64,000 nucleotides of DNA from the human T2T-CHM13v2.0 reference genome, Homo sapiens: the NCBI RefSeq assembly GCF_009914755.1, contig NC_060929.1; one strand, 5' to 3'. The notes beneath the pieces were generated by a model. That model had not been told where the DNA came from. It saw only the letters and a list, made by a program, of their open reading frames with translations, and ran no database searches. This document shows, piece by piece, positions 48,141 to 64,000 of this stretch. Position numbers and translations under genes: made by a program. Each line of letters begins with the position of its first letter. The stretch's first letter is position 1.

Positions 48141-48802
48141 CCACTCTTCTCTCCTATAAAACAAAAAAATATATATTACATTGTTTGCATTTATAAGTTG
48201 GTGGAATATACACATTTTTGCTAACTTAGATGATAGTAAAACCAGCCAAACTTCAATCATAATTGAAATACTTCTATCATTGGGTCTTCATACTTTTTAT
48301 TTGACTACTATGAAGATGTGTTTGTGCTACGACACAAGTCCTTGATTTCAATACAGTCCTAAAGGTCAATAGCCCATCATATAATCTCAGAATAAATTCT
48401 TTCCTCTTCTATTACTTGGAAAATATTATACAGAATTGGTACAATTTATTCTTATATGTTTGGCAGAATTCCCCAGTGAAGCCCTCTAAGCCTGGAAAAT
48501 TTTTTTCAGAATGTTTTTAACTATAGATTCCATTTCTTGAGTAGTTGGACTATTCTTATTTTCTATTTCATCTTGAGTGAGTGTCAGTAGCTTCTGGTTT
48601 GTCTTCTCTATTTTGTCAGCTTTGTAAGAAGTTTATTATTAATAATTTTATTAATCTTTTTAAATAACAAGTTTTTGTTCCTTTAACTTTCTCTATGGCT
48701 TTTTCCTTTCAATTTCCTTCATTTATGTTCTTATATTTATTATTTCTCTTTTTGTTTGCTTTCAGTTTATTTTGCTTGTACCAAGTTTTTAAGCTAGAAA
48801 AT

Positions 48803-49296
48803 ATGTACACATATATAACAAACCTGCACGTTGTGCACATGTACCCTAAAACTTAAAGTATAAAAATAATAAAATTAAAAAAAAAGAATTTATGTAATAA
48901 GGGGGAAAAAAGCCGCCAAAGATAAAAGACATGTTACATGTAGAGAAACAAAGATAAGGAAGACAGATTTCTCATGAGAAACAGCTGGTGCCAGAAGATG
49001 TGGAAGTAATATATTTAGAGTACTGAAAGAAAAGAAGTTAAGTGTATAATTCTATATGTGGCAAAAACACCTTCTACAAACGGAGGCAAAATAAAAACTT
49101 TCTCAAATAAACTACAGATGAAAGCATTCATCACCACAGGACCTGCACCTTTAAAACTATTAGAAAAATTCCTTCAGGAAAATGTAAAATGATACCAAAT
49201 GAAAGTATGGATCTGCAAAAAAGAAGAAGTTAGCAATGGTAACCACGTGGGTAAATCTAATTTTAAATAAAATGTTTAAATTTCTTTAAAAAAAAA
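48803..49296 (+). mobile_element. Short L1PA 3' terminus (48803-48884) plus about 400 bp of apparently 3'-transduced sequence and a second A tail
   Basis: aacaaacctgcacgttgtgcacatgtaccctaaaacttaaagtataa; AATAAA 49266-49271; A run from 49288; TSD agaaaat (48796-48802 / 49297-49303). Confidence 0.8.
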
Positions 49297-50329
49297 AGAA
49301 AATTACATTGTTAATTTGAGAACCTTTATCTTTTCTAATATAAATACTTCATACGATAAGTTTCTCTCCTAGCACTGCTTTAGCTGCATCTCACAGATTT
49401 TGATTTGTCAAATTTATATTCTCATTCAGTTCAAAATACTTTTGAATCTCTCTTGTGTCTTTCTCTTTGACCCATGGATTATCTAATGTGTGTTAACTTC
49501 CAAATATTTGGAGTTTTTCTACTTTCTTTTGGTTATTAGTAGTTTAATTCCATAATGATCAGAGAACATATTTTGTATAATTTCAGGTTTTGTATTTTTA
49601 TTTCTTATACCTAAGGTATGATCTGTCTTGGTGAATGTTCCATGAATGCTTCAAAAGCATGTGTACTTTCTTCTTGCTTAGTGAAGTGTTCTACAAATGT
49701 CGATTAGATCCAGGCAGCTTATAGTTTTTCTCAGTTCTATGCATTGTTGAATTTCTGTCTACTCATTGTATTTTTTACTGAGAGGGTATGATGAAGTTTA
49801 CAACTATAAATTGAGTTTATTTCTTTCTTCTTGCAGTACTTCTTTTTAGTTTTTGCTTCATGTATTTTAACACTCTTTGTTAGGTGTATATACATTTAAG
49901 AATGTTATGACTTATGACTTCCTGGTGTTTTTACCATTTTAGCACAATGTAAGGTCCACCTTCGTTTCTGATAATTTTTGCTTTGAAGTCAACTTTGTCT
50001 GCTATTAGTATAGACACCTCTGCTTTTTAAAAGTAGTATATTAGTATATGGTATATCTTTTTTCATTTGTTTACTTTATTCTACTTATGTCACTACAGGT
50101 GGACTGAGTTTTTTGACAAAACATGTGGATGGTCTATATAATTTTTAATCCATGCTGACAATATCTGTCTTTTAATTGGTATGGTTGGGGCAGTTGCATT
50201 TATGATTTTTTTTCCTTCAACTTTTATTTTAAGTTCTGGGGTACATGTGCAGGAGGTGTAGGTTTGTTACATAGGTAAATGTGTGCTATGGTAGTTTGCT
50301 GCATAGATCAGCCCATCACCTAGGTTATT

Positions 50330-52692
<2,363 letters not shown>

Positions 52693-53436
52693 CTAGGTTA
52701 TTAAGCCCAGCATCCATTAGTTGTTTTTCCTGATGCTCTCCCTTCTCCCAACTCCAACTCCATCTATGCCCCTGCAAAATACACGATCTTTTTTTTTATG
52801 GCTGCATATTATTCCATGGTGTATATGTACCACATTTTCTTTATTCAGTCTATCATTGATGGGCATTTAGATTGATTCCATATCTTTGCTATTGTTAATA
52901 GTGCTGCAATGAACGTACTCATGTATGTATCTTTATAATAGAATGATTTATATTCCTTTGGGTAGATACCCAGTAATGGGATTGCTGGGCCAAATAGTAC
53001 TTCTGCCTCTAGGTCTTTGAGGAATTGCCACACTGTCTTCCACAATGGTTGAACTAATTTACGCTCCCACCAGCAGTGTAAAAGTGTTCCTTTTTTTTCA
53101 CATTTGTGATTATTAAGTTTTAATTTAGTTCTACTATCACATTATCTGCTTTTTGTTTATTTGCTCTGATTTTTGTTCCTCTGTTTTCCCTTTTTTATTT
53201 TCTTGTAGGTTTTTTCAAAATTATATGGTTCCATTTTAATCTGTATATTGTATTTAAAAGTATTTAAAAGTATAATGTGCATATAGTTTTCTTTGTTTTT
53301 TTTTTCTCTAGAGGCAGTAACATACCTACTTGACTTTTTGCAATCTACTTAGTCAATATTTTACCACTTCAACTGGAATATAAAAATCTTACTACCATGT
53401 AGGTCCTTTACTCTATCATCTTTATCTTACAGTTTT

Positions 53437-53480
53437 CTTATATGTTACATCTACATACATCTTATATGTTACATCTACAT
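53437..53480 (+). repeat. Tandem duplication, 20 bp x2 (period 24)
   Basis: cttatatgttacatctacat at 53437 and 53461. Confidence 0.9.
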
Positions 53481-55618
53481 GCAATGATTTAAATTTAAAT
53501 TGTCAAACGTAGTCTAAAGAAATCAAGATGAGAAAATTAGTGTGTTGTATTTACTGACATATTTATCATCTTGGTTGCTGTTCCTTCATTCCTGTTTTCA
53601 AAAATTTCTTCTAGTATTATTTCCTTTCTGTCTGATAAAATTCCTCTGGAAATCCTTTATAGGAGGTCTGTTGGCTAGAACTCTAAATTTTTCTTTATCT
53701 TAGAATAACTTTATTTCACTTTCATTTCTTAAGGATATTGTCACTGAGTATAGCATTTTGAAATAAGGGACCTTTCCATTATTTAGAAAATGTGCCACTT
53801 TCTTCATGTGGGGCTTCTATGGTTTCTGATGAGTAATCTGCAGTAATTTAAATTACTGTTCCCTGTTAGGAAATGATTGCCCCACCCTCTTGGAGCCACA
53901 GCTCCACCAACTGGGTAAGAAGATTCCTTACCCTCAGGAGTTTGGCTGCTGCAAGCTTCTGTTACTGCTGAGTGCTGCTACCACTATGGTATTGCTTGGA
54001 TCCTGGGGCAAAGGAGAACAGAGAAAAGAAACCAAAAAAATCGATGAATTATCACATTCCCTATGAGAATTAAATGCTCACTTTCTCACTCTCTAAGATA
54101 GAACTAGAAGGTTTTTCCTGGAGCTTCCTATATCTGTTCCCTAGTACCCAATTCTAGTGAATTGAATTTAACCAAGAGGGCACTTGAGGACAAAAAATGC
54201 TAACCTCACTGCCAGTTCAGTGGTATCTTGAATTCTGGCCTCCTACTCCAAATTTGCCTGCTTCTATTTACTTTTCTAAGACCTCAAATATCTGCTCCAT
54301 GCATCTTGTCCAAATTTATTGCTGTACTCAGTGGAAGAAAGAAGATGGAGTGTGCTTACTCCATCTCACTCAGAACTACAGCTAGGGCATTTTTATGGTA
54401 ATTAATTTTGTTCTTATTCGATTCAGAGAGCTTTTGTTCAACTCCTGTAAAGTGACTATTTGCATTCTGATTCTATATGCACTGCTATTGTGATTTTATA
54501 TTCAAAGGAAACTTTATTCTCTAAGTTACCATTGGATACCTTACTGATTCTACATGTAACAACTACCATATTTAGCAAAATTTATTCTGTGTTTTCTAAC
54601 AATTTTCTAATGCACTGTGGCAAATGTTAGCTTATATATTCCAACAATTTTGTCATGCATTTTATATTCTGTATCTGTATTTCCAAAGTTAAAATGAAAT
54701 GGCTTGCATAAGTTGGTTTAGAAAATATGCATTTAATGGATGGAATGATGGATGGATGAGTGGGGGTACAGTTCAATAGAAGAATAAATATACACACTGC
54801 TTTCTAAAGGGAGCAATGTTTGGCCTTTTTCTACTCAAGGGTAGATGAGTCATGTGAATGGAGACTTTTATTCACTTCCTCAGTCTTACAAGGATCCTAA
54901 GTCTGATATTCTGTAGGGAAAAAGATGCCCCGAAGATAATCTTGTAGCTTTTAAAAAAATCTGAATAATGAATACTAGAAAAGCTAGTTGTTTGCTTTTC
55001 TGGGCCTATTATTCTCCACACCCCTAAATTATTCTGCAACGTACAAAACTAAACACTTTGTGGTAGAGACTCAACTGTTAAGGTAATAACTCAGAGGTGG
55101 AATAAGTTAGATATTTAGGAAGGCCTGGATATTCACTTGGCCATGAGGAGACAATTTGGGGCATTATAGCAGAGTGGGCTTCTGGAGGAATTTCCTCTAA
55201 TCCCTTATTTCTTGTAGGCAGCATTGGAGTATGCCACACTTTTTACTAAAATGTTGAGGTTTGGGGAAAGGATAAGATGTAATCTAATAGGCATTTATCT
55301 TTAAATCCTTCCTACTCTTAGCATATCTCTGAGGAACAGCAACAGTTCTACAGTTTAATGTGACAGATGGTTGGGAGCAAAGTTAAAGAATTTAGAGAAT
55401 TATTTATTGCTTTGAAACACCGAATTACAAATCAACCAAAAGGTCTCCTAGAAACTTGATAGAACTGTTGGGTCACCCAAAATGTGATTTGTGCCCAGAA
55501 GTTTCAGAATCAGAGAGAGCAGTTTCCTGTTTACTAGGTAAATGTCTCTGGAAAAGTTAACTAAAAAATCCAAGTCTCAATTGCTGTATTGTGAAATGAA
55601 AATAATAATGTTAACTTT

Positions 55619-55921
55619 TTGTTTTTTTTTCTTTTTTTGAGACAGAGTCTCCCTCTGTTGCCCAGGCTGAAGTGCAGTGGTGCGATCTTGGCTCATGGCA
55701 ATCTCCGTCTCCAGGGCTCAAGCAATCCTCCCACCTCAGCCTCCAAAATAGCTGAGACTACAGACATGCACCTCCATGCCCGGTTAACTTCTATATTTTT
55801 TAATAGAGATGGAGTTTCACCTTGCTAGCCAGTCTGGTCTCAAACTCCCAGCCTCAAGTGATGCACACACCTCGGACTCCCAAATTGCTGGGATTACAGG
55901 TGTGAGCCATGGTGTCTGGCC
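55619..55921 (-). mobile_element. AluJb-like inserted in a MIR
   Basis: gggctcaagcaatcctcccacc; TSD aata[a/c]tgttaacttt. Confidence 0.93.
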
Positions 55922-55982
55922 AATAATACTGTTAACTTTGTCAGCTGATATAAAAACTAAATGACAAAATGGTTGGAAGTGC

Positions 55983-56810
<828 letters not shown>

Positions 56811-57079
56811 TGAAGTGCTAATTATTATTGGCAGGTTCTTCGGTTTCTATTTTTAGTCTGTGGAAACAACAATAGTATCAATTTCAATTTCATAGTGTAT
56901 TTGTGATAATTAAATAAACTAGTGGACATAAAACATCAAAGAGATCTTTTAGTAAATGATAGCTATTACTTAGTAGTTAGAGTCTAGTTTTTCACACTAG
57001 TAAAATAATAATTGATATATTAAGAAATTTAATATTGTGAAAATTAGAGAGAATATGTGTATAGTTCCTAACACTTCTT

Positions 57080-57265
57080 GGTTGTACAAACTCAGTTTAG
57101 TTACTTAACATTTTTGGTCCTTATATTTCTCATCTGTAGAATATGCTCAATAATTGCATAGCCCTCGTAGAATTTTTGAACAGATAAAATTTAAAAATGG
57201 ACATAGAGCTTTTAGCATGTTACCTGATACCTAATAAGTGCTCAATAGCAAGTTAGTCATTATTA
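57080..57265 (+). mobile_element. MIR
   Basis: agttacttaac...tttctcatctgtaga...ttagcatgttacctgatacctaataagtgctcaata. Confidence 0.7.
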
Positions 57266-57287
57266 TAATTTGTAATAATAACACAAA

Positions 57288-57505
57288 TTTTTATTATTAA
57301 TTTTTGAGACAGGGTCTCGTTCTGTTACCCAGGCTGTAGTGTATCGGCTTGATCATGACTTACTGCAGCCTCTACCTCCCAGGCTCAAGTGATCCTCCTC
57401 CCTCAGCCTCCCCAGTAGCTGGGACTATAGGCATGTGCCAATACACCTGGCTACTTTACATATTTATTTTTTGTAGAAACGGAGTCTCACTTTATTGCCC
57501 AGGCT
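57288..57505 (-). mobile_element. 5'-truncated AluJ
   Basis: gagacagggtctc...aggctcaagtgatcctcc; flanks taataata(a)caaa-like TSD. Confidence 0.9.
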
Positions 57506-58099
57506 ATAATAATACAAAGCATTAATCATCTCTACATGTTCTATGATCTATAGCTCTTTCTACAATAACTTCCTCTTAAAAGATTTCTCAATTTTCTTGG
57601 CATAATCAATGTTCTATGAGAGAACTGGGAAAGTGTTTGTCATGGACAGATGGATTCAGTCTCTCCAGCCAAACCAGATTACTCCCCACATGCAGAATCT
57701 CTCCCTTTTCCAGAGGCCTATTGAGGTTGAGTCAAAAGCAAAGATAAATGGGCATTCTTAGGCTGACCATAAGCCAAGAGAAGAGAGGACATATCCTTGC
57801 CAAATTCATGTGTACTAGAAGTGACGCACAGCCAGATGGTGCAAGCCATGGAGTTCTAACAATCTACAGAATGTCTTGAGAAGCATCTGGTTATTTAAAG
57901 ATTTCTGAAGCCATTCTTATTCATCAGCCTCTTTCACTGGCCTGAGGTTATTATTTGAGACGCTATCATTCGGGGGAACTTTTCTTAACAAAGAGTGTAC
58001 ATTTATCCATCTGTTCATAAATTATCTATTAAAATACAACCTGAGTCCAAGCTTTTTATAATGGGATGGGATCTGACCCTTCTTCCCTTCTTTGCTTTT

Positions 58100-58545
58100 T
58101 TCCACTGAGTGACATTTTATGTGCACCAAGGCCAGGAAATGTATTGTTTTTTTCAAATACACATGCTATCTTCTGAGGCCTTTTTGTTTGTATATATCTT
58201 CTATTCCTTCTACCAAGAATGCTCTTAGCCTCCTTATCCACTTAGAAAACCTGTATTGACCATTCAACAGCTGTCTCAGATACTACTTCCCTCTCCACAT
58301 CTCTTTGCCAATTGTCCATCTCTCCATTTCTAAGCTACCTTCAGGCCTTGTATTGGTCCTTTCCTTCCACTTAGAATATACCATTATGACTTGTTTCTTT
58401 ACTATCTTGTCCACCAACTACATAGTGATCTACTTGAGGCAGAAAACATGTCTTTTCTATCTCCATGTCCCATATAGCAGCACAGAACCTAGTACACTGC
58501 TGAAAGTATGGCAAATTTTTGACAAAGGAAGCAGTGAACTCAAGA
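58100..58545 (+). mobile_element. L2 relic
   Basis: cttgaggcagaaaacatgtcttttctatctccatgtccc...agcacagaacctagtac. Confidence 0.55.
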
Positions 58546-58825
58546 ATATTTGAGCTCCAAGAATCATTGGCTTAAAAAAATAATTTATGAAAAGGATATG
58601 GAAGTATTAATGAAACTAAAGATTGGAAAGGGAAGCTGGGGCTCAAATGAGCAGTTGTCAGTTTCATGACTGATTCTCTCCATCTCTCACTGTTAAAAAT
58701 TCCTTGGTTTCTGTGACACTGGACACATCTATTTCCTTTTTTCCTCTCTTCAGCCTGCTGTCTTTGCATCTCAAGCAAAAGAGGCAAGAAGATAGGTACC
58801 CCAAAATGACCACCTTAGTCTCCTC

Positions 58826-59259
58826 TGTATTATGGTTCTCTAGAGGTACAGAACTAATAAGATATAAATATATGAGTTTATTAAGTATTAACTCACATAA
58901 ACAGACAGTCCCACAATAGGCCATCTGTAAGCCAAGGAACAAAGAGAGCCAGTCTGAGACCCAAAACTGAAAAACTTGGGTTCCAATGTTCAAGGGCAGG
59001 AAGCATCGAGACTGGGAGAAAGATGTAGGCTGGGAGGCTAGGCCAGCCTAGTCTTTTCATGTTTTTCTGCCTGCTTTATATTCTAGTCTTGCTGGCAGCT
59101 GATTAAATGATGCCCACCCAGATTAGGGGTGGGTCTGCCTTTCCCAGAGCACTGAGTCAAATGTTCATCTCCTTTGGCAACACCCTCACAGACACACCCA
59201 GGATCAATACTTTACATCCTTCGATCCAATCAAGTTGACACTTAGTATTAACCATCACA
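58826..59259 (-). mobile_element. MLT2A1-like (ERVL) solo LTR
   Basis: tgtattatggttctctagaggtacagaactaata...ccaatcaagttgacacttagtattaaccatcaca. Confidence 0.9.
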
Positions 59260-60761
59260 CCCCCAAAATGAAATGTCTTTTCCATTCACTCATATTATGA
59301 AGAACAACTAGGCTTCTTGAACCTTAATAACAGTTTGTCAGAGAGAGAATTTGATTGGTCCTCTTAGGTTAGATGACTCTCATAAGCCAATTAACAACAA
59401 CCAGGAATTTGGGGACTTGAGGTAGAATTAATACTAAGGAGGCATTATGGGGCTTTCCAGATAAGGAGAGGAGAGAATGTTGGTCGGGACAAAATCTATC
59501 TGCCACATATAAGCAAGAGAAGTAACTGAATTCTTACATATCAAAATGAATAATTTTACCGAATTGCCTTTTTCCTTGAGCAAACTGCCTAAGGTCATGT
59601 GAGTAGCCCTGATTGCTTTGGCAAAAGGGCTTCCCAGACATGATGTCATTGGGAAAAGCCACATTTATATCTCAATTCTTCTAGGCTAAGCCTACTTTCT
59701 TCTACCACCCAGAAGCTTCAGGGACTTTGTTGGTACCTTCTACACACAGAGCCACTCTTAGGGGCTGCCGTGTATTTATTAACCACCACCAGCACTCATT
59801 ATGGATGTGTTAAAAATTCAGATCCTTAGAGAACACAGTAGATCGAAGTATTGACTCCTGTTTCACTTTCCCCATCTGTCCAAACATCAATAACAGCAGT
59901 GTATGGGGGGCTGGAAGCACTGGGCTAATGTACCTCCTTCGATCATAATTCCAGAGTCCGCCTTAATTAAGATTGATTTTTGCCCCTATGTTGTACATCT
60001 CTTAACTAACAGAAAAGTCGCGAGGGCACACTTTAAGCATTAAGAATGTGAGGATTGAGGAGGAGGGCGTGGAAACATATCTTGTGCTCATGGAGTCTAG
60101 AAACCGCATGGCTGGTATGCTTCAAATAAATCCTCAAGCCGATTCCTAAGGCATTGAAGGAGTCACATAAGGGCACTGGAAAACTGAATTGCTCTTCTGA
60201 CTCACTTTCTTGCATATGTGCTGCCTAGGTGCATTATTGTTTATGAAAGGAAAAAAAAAAGACACTTTAGATTAAGCACATGAAGGTCACGGCAGGCCAG
60301 AGGTATCTGCTTTTTTCTTAGACATTTTCAGAAACATCACTATCATCAACAAAATTCTTCTGAGTGCTCACAATCCTGCAGGCTCTTTCAAAATACTTGT
60401 GCTCAACAAAGGGAAAGTGCAGCCTCTGCCCTCAAGCAAATTACAATCTAGAGAAGAAAGCAGACATGGCATTAAGAAAAAGAGAAAGTGAAACCATGCA
60501 AGGCACAGAATGAAAAACACTACATAAAGGGATTTTGATTAGTTGCGACTCTGCACCTTCATCCAGCTACTGAAAGGGAGGCTTCTTCGGGAAAATAACT
60601 TGACAGACATTGGTTTTTGTTTTTGTTTCTAAGGAAGGATCGGAACAGGAGCTTGTTGGATTAGGAGAAGGAGACTGTTCTAAAGATTGTGAATATTTTG
60701 TGCCAGGATTTCTAGCTCTCTGTTTATTGAAGCAAATTATGAGGATAAAAGGTCATGGAAC

Positions 60762-60892
60762 TGTGTGTGTGTGTATTGTGTGTGTGTATTGTGTGTGTGT
60801 ATTGTGTGTGTTGTGTGTATATGTGTGTGTTGTGTGTATATGTGTGTGTGTATTGTGTGTGTTGTGTGTATATGTGTGTGTTGTGTGTGTGT
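60762..60892 (+). repeat. Compound (TG)n microsatellite with higher-order units
   Basis: Read directly. Confidence 0.95.
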
Positions 60893-61094
60893 ATAGCATA
60901 CAGAATACTGTACTTCTAAGAAATGCACATTATAATTGTTACCTTCTCACATGGCAGTTACTCTGTCACACAAACCAATACACCAAGCTTCAAATGTTTA
61001 TTTTTATAAATATTTAAGCAAAAGCTTGTAATAACTGCCTTTTCTCTGGTTTTCTTTTTGTCTTTTGCCCTGAATTGACTGTGGAAAACATATA

Positions 61095-61549
61095 CAATAG
61101 TACCCTCTTATTCATCGGGGATGCATTCTAAGATACCTAGTGGATGCCTGAAACAAGAACTAGTACTGAATGCTGTCTACCCTATGTTTTTTTCTATACA
61201 TGCATACCTATGATAAAGTTTAATTTATAAAATAGGCATAGTAAGATATTGACAACATTAACTAATACTAAAATGGAATGATACCACGACAATTGCTCTG
61301 ATAGGCAAGATGGCTACTAAATGTCTAATGGGTGGGTATGGCATGGATATGTTGGACAAAGAGATGATTTGTGTCTGGGGTGGGGAGCAGGACAGTGCAA
61401 GATTTCATGGCTATACTCAGAATGGTGCACAATTTAAAACGTCTGAATTGCTTATTTCTGGGATTTTCCATTTAATGTTTTCAGAACGTGGTTGAACCGG
61501 GGTAACTAAAACCACATAAGGGAAAACTGTGGGCAAGGGGAAACTACTG
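61095..61549 (+). mobile_element. MER44 (Tigger7-derived) MITE
   Basis: ta|caatagtaccctcttatt...gtggatgcctgaaac...aaggggaaactactg|ta; TA TSDs. Confidence 0.85.
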
Positions 61550-61645
61550 TATTGCATATATTTGTGTGACATAAATTTGAGATGGGTTTGAGGAACTTCT
61601 GGTGGTAAGACTAGGAAATCCTCATGCTGTTTATAATAGAAAAGT

Positions 61646-62010
61646 TGCTATGGGTTGATACACATCCCCCATATTTATATGTTTATAAGTCCTAACTGCC
61701 CATGCAATGTCATTTGGAGACGCAGTTTTGACAAGGTTGTGAGAGTGGGGCCTTCTTGAGGAGATTAGTAGCCCCATAGGGGACACCAAAGAGCTTGCTT
61801 TCTCCTCCCTCCTCTGCTCACTCCACCATTTGAGTTACACAGCAAGAAGGTACTGCCTGTAAGCCAGAAAGAACACCCACACCAGATCCCAACTGTGCTG
61901 GCACCCTGATTTCAAACTTCCAGCTTCCGGAACAGCAAGAAAATTAAATTCTGTTGTTTAAGCCAGCCAGCCTGTAGTATTTTATTGTGGCAGCCTGTGC
62001 CGACTAGTAC
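61646..62010 (+). mobile_element. MaLR solo LTR (MSTD/MLT1A-like)
   Basis: tgctatgggttg...tgctggcaccctgatttcaaacttccagc...ttctgttgtttaagcc...gactagtac. Confidence 0.8.
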
Positions 62011-62869
62011 GGAGGTTGTTAGGATTCAGTGCCAAGGACCAGCGTTGCTATTGAATCCAGGCAAATACTTTTTCAGTGTCTTTCCAAGGCCATTCAATCT
62101 TTTGTCTCTGTCCTCCTCAAACGTCTCTCCATTCTTCTTTATGCAGACAAGACTGAAAAGTTCCCAAGAGAATGAAGAAGAAAAGTGAAGGGAAGAAGAC
62201 AAAGAGAAAGGCAAATGTATTGTGTATCTAAAAAGCATGTGTGCGGTTCTGCTAGGTAGCCAGCACTGAGATTGGGAGGCGAAGGATTACCTTAATACCA
62301 CTTTCTTGATATGTAGTGAGTGATGAAATGCATGGTTCAAATCTTGGTTCATGACCAGCTTAGTAACAGCAAGAGCAGTAGTCTTCTAATGCCCATTTAT
62401 GAGTCCTAACTTGGAATCCATATTAGTCAGAAGAGGCTAAGTTATCCTAAGGGAAAAAAGAAACCCTTCACTCAATAAAAGCTTGATTCCTCCTCACATT
62501 ATATGTTTATTTGGGCTTGTAGAGGGGCTCTGGTCAAGACCCAGGCTGATGACATTCCGTCCTCTGCTAAGTGAACCATTTGGAACTCAAGATCAGATCT
62601 CCATGATTGCTTCTTTGACACTGAGCAGAGAAGGTGAAAGCTGAAGGGTTATTCGTTGGCTCTTAAATTATTTAGCCTGGAAATATAACGACTTTCTCTA
62701 ACCCCATTGATTGGAAGTAATCATGTGGACTCTTATCTCCCTTCTTGTATATGGTTTTCCAATGAAACATGAAATCATCTCCTACTGGATCTGAAACTAA
62801 AAGGGCTTATTTGAGGATACTGTAATATAAGGTGATCTATCATGAAAATTCAGGTTAAGTTGTATCACC

Positions 62870-63375
<506 letters not shown>

Positions 63376-63484
63376 TCTGAGGGGGTCATATAGCTATGAA
63401 AAGCTCTAAAATGCAAATAGAATTTTAACTATGAATCACTCTTGTCTAGTGTATTCATGAGAGTTTTTAGCTAGATCTAATAGC

Positions 63485-63700
63485 AACAATCATAATAGTT
63501 TATCTTGTGCTAGACACTATGCTCAGTGCCTGACAAGGTACCATTCTCACAATAAGTTTATAACATAGGTCCTTTTGTTATTTCTGCTTTACAGATTAAT
63601 CTCTCTGGGCTTTAAGAGAATAAAGCCCTGAGTTTGTGAGAAAAGAAGCTGGTATATAAACCCCAGAAGTAAATCAGAGCAGGCATTTTAATAGACTCTA
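63485..63700 (-). mobile_element. Degraded MIR
   Basis: tgtgctagacactatgctcagtgc...ttctcacaata...ctttacagat. Confidence 0.55.
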
Positions 63701-64000
63701 GCTGGTCAATTTATTTCTCTTACTAAAACTTAATCCAACCTAAATCTTTTACTTTTTTTCCTTCCAAAATTTCTACACACGGTGGCTGAGCTCTTTCCAC
63801 TGGAAAGAAGAAAGGCCCAATTCTGCAATCTTTGTTCCCTTTGCCTTTCTGACTGGGCTACATTCCTATCCCCCACAATTTGCAAATTCTATGCATTTGA
63901 TGACTGCGTCCTCCTACTGCTGTTGTTACTATATATAAGTCCTCCTTCTTGGGACATCCAGGGTCAGCCTCTCTGGTTGCGTTTTGTCAAAATTATCTGC

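Noticed and set aside
60610-61017. 135-aa Cys/Val-rich ORF
   Set aside because: Translation of the (TG)n microsatellite

Overview
This is primate (human-like) nuclear DNA that is AT-rich, CpG-depleted and dominated by repeats, consistent with intronic or intergenic sequence. I found no host protein-coding exon, CpG island, tRNA, rRNA or CRISPR array that I can support. The window is a layered record of transposons: about 20 Alu elements (most with readable target-site duplications, TSDs), a near full-length THE1C-like MaLR provirus inserted in an MLT1 LTR, solo THE1/MST/MLT1/MLT2 LTRs, DNA transposon relics (MER2, MER5, MER6, MER44, MER81), MIR/L2 relics, large old L1M blocks, and a 7SK retrocopy split by an Alu. 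The most notable structures are: (i) a patchwork insertion at about 45.07-45.28 kb built from copies of nearby DNA in both orientations, (ii) a 118-bp copy of 31710-31829 inside a GA-rich minisatellite, (iii) an apparent L1 3' transduction with TSD and poly(A) signal, (iv) an internally deleted L1PA with its 5'UTR fused in frame to the RT part of ORF2, nested three deep, and (v) several small snap-back palindromic scars. I do not see evidence for a new gene system; these are best read as unusual retrotransposition and DNA-repair products. Subfamily names come from recalled consensus sequences and need RepeatMasker/Dfam confirmation. LTR strands follow my recollection of consensus orientation.
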